A DNA stretch of 64,000 nt from Poseidonia sp. (GTDB taxonomy: Archaea; Thermoplasmatota; Poseidoniia; Poseidoniales; Poseidoniaceae): NCBI GenBank assembly GCA_965661285.1, contig CBFIDD010000001.1, positions 256,001 through 320,000 of the forward strand, read 5' to 3'. The notes under the pieces were generated by a model. The model searched no databases and was not told where the DNA came from. It saw only the letters and a list, made by a program, of their open reading frames with translations. Of the stretch, positions 56,113 through 64,000 are shown piece by piece. The position numbers were made by a program, and so were the translations under genes. Every line of letters begins with the position of its first letter. Position 1 is the stretch's first letter.

Positions 56113-57138
56113 ATGGTCGTGTTGAACGTCGCCGTCATCGCCTCAGATGAACTTGCTCGAAGCATCGCTAAACCCGCCGACCAGCGAGACGTCCACACCT
56201 ATGTCCACAAAGAAAACGGCCCGGATGGGGCACGTATTCTCTCGCTCATACGACCGGCAAAGTTCCCCGAACGCCTGCCGCCGTTTCTCAATGCCCTCTC
56301 AACCTCCCATGCGGGAATTCTTGAAATCAGCGCTGTTGATGCCACCCTCGGTGAGGCACTGGTGGCCTTCGCAAGCGCTGGAATTCATCACGGTCTTGCG
56401 GTCATCAACCCCGGTGAGGGCGGCTGGGTTGACGAAGACCAAGTGAAGATGCTGTTCAAACAGGCCGGCTTGGCGTCGTGGACCTTTGAGGCCAACGATG
56501 GCATCCACCTCCGGGAACGCATGTACGATCTGATGGACGACATCAAAAACGTGCTCGAAGCCAACGCTAACGCTCCGTTGGTGCTTCCCGTCGATCAGTA
56601 CTTCAACGTGAAAGGCATTGGATTGGTCGCCATCGGCTATGTCCAATCCGGACGCGTCAACGTGCACGACGAGGTGTTGCTCCTCCCCGCAAACGGAACG
56701 GGCAGCGCCAAATCCCTCCAGGTCATGGACGACGATGTCGAGGTCGCCACCGCCGGCGACCGTGTTGGTCTTGCACTACGAAACGCCAAGGAGGAGCATC
56801 TAACGGGCAACACCATCATCGTTCATCCCCCCGTGGAGGACAAGCGAGCCGATGTGTTCACGCCGATGGCCCTTGACCAACATCAGCGGTCCACCGTTGA
56901 GCTGACCACATCACCTTTCCAAAAGCGTGTCCTGGCCGAGGGTGATGTCATCCACGCCAGCGTCGACCTCCAATTTGTTGTTGGACGGATTCAACGGGTT
57001 GAAGGAAACACACTGACCGTAGCGTGGGACCACCCCCTCTTCATCAGAAAAGACGACCCGCCGGCCGTGCTCATCGCCCAGTTGGATTCCAAACCACGCA
57101 TCATGGGTTCGGCCGTGGTCACCGCCGACAACCCCTGA
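56113..57138 (+). CDS. SelB/EF-Tu-like protein with degenerate G domain
   Basis: VDQYFNVKGIGLVAIG, KSLQ, AGDRVGLAL (EF-Tu domain II); no intact P-loop. Confidence 0.8.
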   Translation: MVVLNVAVIASDELARSIAKPADQRDVHTYVHKENGPDGARILSLIRPAKFPERLPPFLNALSTSHAGILEISAVDATLGEALVAFASAGIHHGLAVINPGEGGWVDEDQVKMLFKQAGLASWTFEANDGIHLRERMYDLMDDIKNVLEANANAPLVLPVDQYFNVKGIGLVAIGYVQSGRVNVHDEVLLLPANGTGSAKSLQVMDDDVEVATAGDRVGLALRNAKEEHLTGNTIIVHPPVEDKRADVFTPMALDQHQRSTVELTTSPFQKRVLAEGDVIHASVDLQFVVGRIQRVEGNTLTVAWDHPLFIRKDDPPAVLIAQLDSKPRIMGSAVVTADNP

Positions 57139-57228
57139 CGGCGCGGAAAACAATCCGCTGTTTTGGACGGGGCCCCTCGTCGCTCGTGCGGTGGGTTGAT
57201 AACCCCACACATCTCGCTCGGAGCCGGG

Positions 57229-58701
57229 ATGCGCGAGATTGGGCAGGGGACTGTACCAACCGGCGAGATGGAAAAGGAAACCTTCCTTTCTCTTCGGTTG
57301 GCAGAGCCTTCAGAACGGGTCAATATCACCCTGGATGAGCGCATGCTGAGCATTGAAGGGAAGCGGAGTGCCACGGTCGACCTGCGCCTCAGTGCCATCA
57401 CCACCATGCGACATCACTCGTCAAATTTGGTGCCAACGTGGCTCATATTATTGGGCATGGCCTTTGTGTGGATAGGCTATCGTGTCTTGGTGCCAACGAT
57501 CTACAGAATGATCTTCATCGGTATGGGCGCTGGATTCATCTCAGCACGCCTGTTGACAAAAAAACCTACGCTGACCATTCAAACCTCATCGGGCGACACC
57601 CACGTGCTCTACGGAAACGAACGGGAGTTGAATCGGTTGAGTTTCATGTTCAATCATTTAGCCAACAACAAGAGCATGGCCGAGGTGCGAGCAAAACTTG
57701 CCGCCATTGAAGCTGAACTCGGCGGAGGATGGCGCGAGACAACCGTGCCCCCTGCCCCGGTGTTGCCGGGCTTGCTCGACGTGCCTCAAACCGTTGACCG
57801 GTTCTTGGCGGAAGGCGAGCCGAACGCTGTTCTTTCTGCAGAACCCGAACCCGAATGGGTGCCAACCCACGAACCTGCACCTCAGGCCAGCCCGCAAGTG
57901 GTTGGTTTCATCCCCAGTTTCCAGCCCGTCGTCTCTGCCCCGCAGTCTTCCCAATACCCACCCGACCACCGCCCATCACCCATCAACCGGCCTGTCCTTA
58001 TCCCAGAACAGACCCCGCCCATGTACCAAATGACGGATCAGGAGGGCCGCCCGTTCTTACCCTCATTTTTCAGCCAAGATGCCGCCCACGTCCCGGGTTT
58101 GAATACCAGCGAATCACAAGAAGAGGAGGAGGAAGCCGAAGATTCGCTCGGCCTCGATGCTGAGTTGCTCGATGCCTTCGAGGCGAGCATTGTTCCTGAA
58201 CCGGAGCCTGCCGAAGACCGGTCGGCACCGGCTCCCCGACGTGAATCATCTTTCAAGCCCAAAGACCGGCGAAAGGTTGAGCAAACGTCGTTCCGGCCAC
58301 GCCGAACACAGCAACTTCGTCCGCGCGAGAGCCGAGGAAACGGTCTTTGGAGCCGTATTCGTGAAACATCGAACGACCTCATCAGGCGAGGCAGCGACGG
58401 TTCACGAAGCCGAGCCGTAGCAACGACGGAAACCTCTGGTGGCCTTCGAGCCCAGGCCGCTGCTTCAGCGGCGGAACTCAATGCCGCCCGCCTCCACGAT
58501 TCACTCTCCGAGGAACGAGGCGGGGTCTTGGCAGCGGCGGAGGCAGAACGCCTCAATCAGCACGCTCAACGCCTTCTCACCACGGCGAATGAACTGGCGC
58601 AATCCGGAGAAGATGAGTTGGACGCCATCTCGTTTAGTGACCTTCGCTCAACCACGGAAGACGACGAGAACGTGCATGTTCCGCGGCTGGACGATGACTG
58701 A
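57229..58701 (+). CDS. Hypothetical membrane protein with long disordered tail
   Basis: Two TM helices followed by a Pro/Glu/Arg-rich low-complexity region. Confidence 0.75.
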   Translation: MREIGQGTVPTGEMEKETFLSLRLAEPSERVNITLDERMLSIEGKRSATVDLRLSAITTMRHHSSNLVPTWLILLGMAFVWIGYRVLVPTIYRMIFIGMGAGFISARLLTKKPTLTIQTSSGDTHVLYGNERELNRLSFMFNHLANNKSMAEVRAKLAAIEAELGGGWRETTVPPAPVLPGLLDVPQTVDRFLAEGEPNAVLSAEPEPEWVPTHEPAPQASPQVVGFIPSFQPVVSAPQSSQYPPDHRPSPINRPVLIPEQTPPMYQMTDQEGRPFLPSFFSQDAAHVPGLNTSESQEEEEEAEDSLGLDAELLDAFEASIVPEPEPAEDRSAPAPRRESSFKPKDRRKVEQTSFRPRRTQQLRPRESRGNGLWSRIRETSNDLIRRGSDGSRSRAVATTETSGGLRAQAAASAAELNAARLHDSLSEERGGVLAAAEAERLNQHAQRLLTTANELAQSGEDELDAISFSDLRSTTEDDENVHVPRLDDD

Positions 58702-59625
58702 TCAGTGCCCGAGCATGGAGCGATAGGCTTCAAGTCGATGGTCAAAAGCAGGGCCGCTGAGTTCCCGAAGCGCGGTTGTCCCGAACGCCTCAAGCGTGAA
58801 ACTGGCCATCACGGTGGCCATCATCAAACCCTCACGCAGTTCATCCAGCGTCAACGCATCCGAACCGGAAGCGAAGTGAGCCGCCAAAGCGCCGGCGAAC
58901 GTATCGCCACAACCGGTTGGGTCGACCACGTCTGCTGTGGGGAAAGCTGGAAGGGCGAGCACCGCGCCCTCGTGGAGGGCGAGCACGCCGTGTTCACCCC
59001 GCTTGACGATGAGGGTTGGTGTGTTCGTTTCTTTTGCAAGGACGTGCATGGCACGCACGAGGTTTTCATCCTCTGTCAGCATTCGTGCTTCCCCGTCGTT
59101 GATGATGATGAGGTCAACGGACTGCATAACCTCGAGCAGCGCCGGCTTGGCGATGGTGATCCACAGGTTCATCGAATCAAGCATGGTCAGCCTTTGCGCC
59201 GTTGTTTGCTCGAGAACGCTGTGCTGAAGAGCCGGATGGAGGTTGGCGCAGAACACAACGCTGGGTTGCTCCCATCGCTTGGGAACGGCGGGTTGGAAAT
59301 GTTCGAACACGTTGAGGTAGGTTGCACGGGTTTCTGCCTCGGCCATCGACCCCTGATAAGCACCTTCCCAACGGAATGTCTCGCCTTCCGCCGTTTCTAC
59401 GCCCTCAAGGTCAAGACCGGCATCAGAAAGGAGTTGGCGATCCTTTTCGGCAAAATCCTCGCCGACCACACCCACAAGACCCGTGTCCATGCCCTTGCGA
59501 TGGCGTTGAACGAAACGGCACGACAAACCGCCGTAGGTAGCAGAACCACCCAGGGCACGGTCGACCGAGCCTGCAGGGGACTGGACTGAATCGTAGGCGA
59601 TGCTTCCAACAATGAGGACCGTCAT
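58702..59625 (-). CDS. PfkB family carbohydrate/nucleoside kinase
   Basis: GSIAYD, LGGSA, GVVGEDF, KRGEHG, DPTGCGDTFAG. Confidence 0.92.
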   Translation of the reverse strand: MTVLIVGSIAYDSVQSPAGSVDRALGGSATYGGLSCRFVQRHRKGMDTGLVGVVGEDFAEKDRQLLSDAGLDLEGVETAEGETFRWEGAYQGSMAEAETRATYLNVFEHFQPAVPKRWEQPSVVFCANLHPALQHSVLEQTTAQRLTMLDSMNLWITIAKPALLEVMQSVDLIIINDGEARMLTEDENLVRAMHVLAKETNTPTLIVKRGEHGVLALHEGAVLALPAFPTADVVDPTGCGDTFAGALAAHFASGSDALTLDELREGLMMATVMASFTLEAFGTTALRELSGPAFDHRLEAYRSMLGH

Positions 59626-59636
59626 GAAGGCTCACC

Positions 59637-60977
59637 TCAACCAAGCAACGCCTGGTGCATGTCAATGTACTGAATCGTGATGTCGCCGTTGTTGAAGTCT
59701 TCCTCGTCCATGATGCGACGATGAAGCGGAATCAAATGCTCCACACCCGTGATCATTGTTTCATCCAGCGCCGTCTTCATGCGGCGAATCGCATCTTCAC
59801 GGTCCCGGCCCCACACCAAGAGTTTCGCCAGCAAGGAGTCGAAGCATCCCGGCATTTCGTAGCCGGGGTGGGCGTGGGTGTCGCAACGAATACCGAATCC
59901 GCTTGGGAAGTGGCATTCCCACAAGCGGCCGGGGCTTGGAACAAATTCGCGCGGGTCTTCGGCGTTCAAACGGCACTGGATGGCGTGGCCTCGCCACGCG
60001 ATGTCCTCTTGCTTGAGCGGCAGCGCTTCACCTTGAGCGACGCGAATACCGAGTTCGACGAGGTTGTGGCCGGTGATGAGTTCGGTGACCGTGTGCTCCA
60101 CCTGGACACGGGGATTCACTTCAAGGAAGTAGAAATCGCCGTTGGCGTCGCGCAGGAATTCAAAGGTTGCGAGACCCTTGTAGCCCACCGATTCTGCACC
60201 CTTGCACACAAGTTCTCCGATTTCAGCACGCTTTTCATCGGTCAACCAAGGGCCCTCTTCGACCAGTTTTTGGTGGCGGCGCTGAATGGAGCAGAAGCGT
60301 TCACCAAAATGGATGGCATTCTTGCCGTCAGCCAAGACTTGGAATTCAACGTGTTGCGCACCCTGAATGTACTTCTCAACGAACACTCGTTCATCACCGA
60401 AGGCCGACTTGGCTCGGGACTGACAGAGTTTGAGGGCACTCTCGAACTCGTCGGCCTGCTGCACGATTTGCATCCCGATACCACCGCCACCCGCAGCCGC
60501 TTTGATGATAACAGGGTAGCCGATTTCATCGGCGAGCGCACTGGCGACATCGGCACTGGCAATGGGTTCAGACGAACCCTTTGCGGTTGGGAGGCCAGCC
60601 GCCTCCATCGCCGCTCGGGCTTCGATTTTATCACCGAGCAAGGTGATGACACCGGAGGCAGGGCCGATGAAGGTGATGCCTTCTTCCTCGAGGCGAGCGA
60701 CAAAGGCGGCGTTCTCGGCCAAAAAGCCGTAGCCGGGATGAACAGCATCGCACTCGAGCTCTTTCGCTGCTTGCACCACGGCTTCGATATCAAGATAGGA
60801 GTCCAAGGGGTTCGTCCGGTAGTTGGGATAGGCGATATCGGCCATTTGAACTGGCAGGGAGAGACGGTCTTCCCGTCCGTGGATGATGGCGGCTTCGATA
60901 CCCATATCACGGAGGGTTCGCAAGATGCGAAGAGCGATTTCTCCACGGTTGGCGATGAGGACGCGCTTGAATCCCAT
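59637..60977 (-). CDS. Biotin carboxylase subunit (acyl-CoA/pyruvate carboxylase)
   Basis: LIANRGEIA, HPGYGFLAEN, KAAAGGGGIGM, CSIQRRHQK, EVNPRVQVEH. Confidence 0.95.
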   Translation of the reverse strand: MGFKRVLIANRGEIALRILRTLRDMGIEAAIIHGREDRLSLPVQMADIAYPNYRTNPLDSYLDIEAVVQAAKELECDAVHPGYGFLAENAAFVARLEEEGITFIGPASGVITLLGDKIEARAAMEAAGLPTAKGSSEPIASADVASALADEIGYPVIIKAAAGGGGIGMQIVQQADEFESALKLCQSRAKSAFGDERVFVEKYIQGAQHVEFQVLADGKNAIHFGERFCSIQRRHQKLVEEGPWLTDEKRAEIGELVCKGAESVGYKGLATFEFLRDANGDFYFLEVNPRVQVEHTVTELITGHNLVELGIRVAQGEALPLKQEDIAWRGHAIQCRLNAEDPREFVPSPGRLWECHFPSGFGIRCDTHAHPGYEMPGCFDSLLAKLLVWGRDREDAIRRMKTALDETMITGVEHLIPLHRRIMDEEDFNNGDITIQYIDMHQALLG

Positions 60978-61063
60978 GGACACCCGTCGGCCGACGCAAT
61001 CTATGAGCAAAGCGGTCCGACGGTGAGAATTTTACCCGACGCCGAGCGGAGACCCCCCGCCCT

Positions 61064-62071
61064 TCACTGGACGGTTGAGGCCTCATCCTGAGGGTACACG
61101 TCCCACGGCTTCGTGCCCCGCTTGCGAAACATGGACTTGCGCATGGAGCGGAGAATATCCCTCGCGAAACGCAACGACCGTCGAAGAGATTGGAACGGAT
61201 GAAGCACATACCACAGCGGATTCCGCCATCCCTTGAACGGATGACGTAATTGCCGAAGGATGCCATCGGGTACGGGTTCGTTTACCCCATAGGACTGTGG
61301 CCGTCGGTCCTTGGGCATGAAATAGGTCCCGAACAATTGGTCCCAAAGCGGCAGGAACGTGGAGTAGTTCGTCCAAATCGCATCCCGCTCATTGGTGTGA
61401 TGCCAGTGGTGAAATTCCGGCGTGATGATGAGGCGGTGCAGCCACTTGAGTCGCCAGCGCACATTGGCGTGAAGAAACAATCCGAGAATGATTTGAGCTG
61501 CAGCAAGTGCCCCCGTCAATTCGAAGGAAAAGCCCGCGGTGACAAGAAACACGAACGCAGGAGCCAAGATGGTCCCATCGAGCGGATGAGCACGGAATCC
61601 GCTGGCCCAATCCAGATGCTCGGTGGAGTGATGAATGGCATGAAACTTCCACAACACCGGTATCTCGTGATAGAAGCGGTGCGTCCAGTACACCAGCGCA
61701 TCGAACAGCAGGAAGCCAACCACGGGCATGTAGGCCTCGGGAATTTTGGCCACATACGGCGCAAGCAGGAGACCCGGAATCCATGCGAGACTGAGCAGCC
61801 CAATGACGATGGCCACAACGCCCGTCAGGAGGCCCATCAGCGGTGATGCGAGCGCATAGCCCACATCCGTGTCCAAATGAGGTCGTCTGACCTTTTGTCC
61901 TCGGTGACGGGGGAAGAGTTTCTCAAACGGTACGACGAGGACGAACAGCAACGCTACAATCACAATGCCTTCGGTGGAGATCATCAAGGCGACGGCGATC
62001 AGCCCCAAGGTCATCAGGCGCAGGAGCATGGAGACCAATCGAGCCTTGAAGCCGATGCGCTCTTCCTCCAT
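61064..62071 (-). CDS. Sterol desaturase/fatty-acid hydroxylase family di-iron membrane enzyme
   Basis: His boxes YWTHRFYH, FHAIHH, FLHAN, FHHWHH; NY...WDQLFGT. Confidence 0.92.
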   Translation of the reverse strand: MEEERIGFKARLVSMLLRLMTLGLIAVALMISTEGIVIVALLFVLVVPFEKLFPRHRGQKVRRPHLDTDVGYALASPLMGLLTGVVAIVIGLLSLAWIPGLLLAPYVAKIPEAYMPVVGFLLFDALVYWTHRFYHEIPVLWKFHAIHHSTEHLDWASGFRAHPLDGTILAPAFVFLVTAGFSFELTGALAAAQIILGLFLHANVRWRLKWLHRLIITPEFHHWHHTNERDAIWTNYSTFLPLWDQLFGTYFMPKDRRPQSYGVNEPVPDGILRQLRHPFKGWRNPLWYVLHPFQSLRRSLRFARDILRSMRKSMFRKRGTKPWDVYPQDEASTVQ

Positions 62072-62149
62072 GCCAGCGACATGGCCCTTCGGGTTTTGAG
62101 GGCTTGGTGCACATGTGCACGAGAAAACGCGCTTGGTGAGCGCTCCTGA

Positions 62150-63400
62150 TCAGTAAACGTCTCGCAAGTAACGCTTTTCTTCTCGCATCATGGTTTTCTC
62201 GATGAAGTGCGTGGCGTCGTCCTCGGACATGCCGCCGTGCTCCATGGCGATTTCGATGAGGGCACGGTGAACATCCTTGGCCATGTACTGCTTGTCGCCG
62301 CAGATGTAGAAGTAGGCGCCTCGCTCGAACCACTCCCAAACTTCAGCGCCGTGTTCCTTCAATCGGTGCTGAACGTAGATTTTCTCCGCTTGGTCGCGAG
62401 ACCATGCCGTCGTAAAGCGCCAAAGGTGTCCCTCGTCAATCCAGGATTCAATCTCGTCCTTGTAGTAGAATTCGGTTTTGGCGGACTGGTCGCCAAAGAA
62501 CAACCAGTTCTTTCCGGAGCCTCCGTCGTGGACACGCTGCTCCATGAACGCACGGAAGGGTGCGATGCCCGTACCCGGACCGACCATGATGATGTCCGTG
62601 TCCTTGTCTTCGGGGAGGATGAAGGACTTGGTAGGCGACATGAACACGCCGATGGGAGCGCCAGACGTGTTGATCTCATCGGCCATGAACTGCGTGCAGA
62701 GGCCACCACGGGCTCGGCCGTTGTACTCGAAGCGGACGATGCCCACGGTCAGCTCAACAAAGCCAGGGTGGGCGTCGTGGGATGAAGCGATGGAATAGAG
62801 CCGAGGCTTGAGGCGGTCGGCCAGTTCAAGGAATTCCTCTGGTGAGTACTTGACCTCGAATTCACGCATGATGTCGACGTAATCGCGAGTCCACAGGTAG
62901 TCCTCGATCGCCTTGGTGTCGGCGGTGATGGCCTCGACCTGTGCAGCAGGGTCGTCCGATGGCACGGACGGGCGGAGTGCAGGAGGCGTCTGCTGGTTGT
63001 CGGTGGCGGACCACGAGGCGTCGTTTCGGGTGCGAGACACGATGCTCATGCTGATCTTCATGCCGCTCGAGACGACTTTTTCTGCGAGGGATTGGACGAA
63101 TTTTTTGTTGGCCATGTGGACCTCAAAATCCTTCTTGAGGGCATCATAGAGCGTTCGCTCGCCGTTGTGGGTGGTGACGGTGGCGTCCCGGTCCCAACCT
63201 TGGACATCGAGGAGTTCCTCAACGATGTGCGGTGGGTTCTCTGCGATGACGCCAAGGGCGTCGCCGACCTTGTAGTCCAGGCCCGAATCTCCGATAGCGA
63301 AGACGATGTGTCGCGTCTCCTTGCGAGAGCCTTCTCCGTTGAGGATGTAGTTCTCGGTTATGTGAGTCATGTAGGGATTTTTTGCAGACCAGTTTGTCAT
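62150..63400 (-). CDS. FAD/NADPH-dependent reductase (CysJ/CPR-like FNR module, no flavodoxin domain)
   Basis: RLYSIASS, GLCT, MVGPGTGIAPF, LFFG, YICGD, RYLRDVY. Confidence 0.9.
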   Translation of the reverse strand: MTNWSAKNPYMTHITENYILNGEGSRKETRHIVFAIGDSGLDYKVGDALGVIAENPPHIVEELLDVQGWDRDATVTTHNGERTLYDALKKDFEVHMANKKFVQSLAEKVVSSGMKISMSIVSRTRNDASWSATDNQQTPPALRPSVPSDDPAAQVEAITADTKAIEDYLWTRDYVDIMREFEVKYSPEEFLELADRLKPRLYSIASSHDAHPGFVELTVGIVRFEYNGRARGGLCTQFMADEINTSGAPIGVFMSPTKSFILPEDKDTDIIMVGPGTGIAPFRAFMEQRVHDGGSGKNWLFFGDQSAKTEFYYKDEIESWIDEGHLWRFTTAWSRDQAEKIYVQHRLKEHGAEVWEWFERGAYFYICGDKQYMAKDVHRALIEIAMEHGGMSEDDATHFIEKTMMREEKRYLRDVY

Positions 63401-63531
63401 CTCGTCACCTCATTCCACGGGGGATGATTTTCGCACTCAAGGTCGCTATATCATCGTTGGTATCGTTTCACATCCTCGCTACCAAAGCCCCGAACCGATG
63501 AGAAGAAGAAGCACCGTGCAGTCCGGGCGAC

Positions 63532-64000
63532 ATGGTGCACCGTATCGAAATGTTGGGGACGGGCAACGCCTTCCTCCCACATGGCCGGCACCATTCCTTC
63601 GCGCTCTTCGACGGGCGCCACATCATCGACGCTCCCCCCACAGCCCTTGCCGGTCTTCGGCGGGCCGGTCACGATGTCGCTGGTATCGAAACGGTGTTCG
63701 TGACCCATGTTCACGGCGACCATGTGTTTGGATTTCCCTTTCTCTTATTGGAACGCAAGTACATCTCTGACAGGGAGGGACAGCAACCCCTCACCGTGGT
63801 TGGAACACCGTTTGTGAAGAAACGGTTGACCCACCTCTGTGAATTGGCCTTTCCCGGTTCACTCGACAGCATGCTCGACCACGTCACTTGGGTAATGGAC
63901 GACACGGGTGAACTGAACGACGGCTGGCGGTGGGAGCGGTTTGAAGTTCACCATGAAGACGCTGTCGAACCGCACGGCTATCGGTTTGAGCACACCGACG
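63532..64000 (+). CDS. RNase Z-like metallo-beta-lactamase, 3'-truncated (not in the ORF track)
   Basis: MVHRIEMLGTGNAF...THVHGDH; frame open to the window end. Confidence 0.85.
   Translation, partial: MVHRIEMLGTGNAFLPHGRHHSFALFDGRHIIDAPPTALAGLRRAGHDVAGIETVFVTHVHGDHVFGFPFLLLERKYISDREGQQPLTVVGTPFVKKRLTHLCELAFPGSLDSMLDHVTWVMDDTGELNDGWRWERFEVHHEDAVEPHGYRFEHTD

Overview
GC-rich archaeal chromosome segment, most likely Marine Group II Euryarchaeota / Ca. Poseidoniales. This is inferred from Nop5, fibrillarin, TFS, PCNA and CarS occurring together with large secreted S8/TSP3 and surface proteins. The left ~8.5 kb is an accessory region next to the 3' end of two tandem tRNA-Arg genes. It holds a C5 DNA methyltransferase, a DUF6339-like gene, a DNase I-like nuclease, a four-gene operon and an anticodon-less tRNA-like RNA. 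The rest is mostly housekeeping and heterotrophy genes plus tRNA-Gly. The strongest candidate for an undescribed system is a tightly coupled operon at 35607-46006: FabI, a 2943-aa type I FAS/PKS megasynthase, and an Sfp-type PPTase. The megasynthase reads KS-AT-pseudoACP-KS-ACPx3-KR-DH; both KS domains look catalytically intact and all three ACPs carry Thr instead of Ser at the phosphopantetheine site. Other signals are a CD36-like two-TM protein, a tRNA-like RNA with a GNRA loop instead of an anticodon, an Arg-codon-rich leader ORF ahead of the tRNA-Arg pair, and a degenerate TBP paralog. All family calls come from visual motif recognition; no searches were run.
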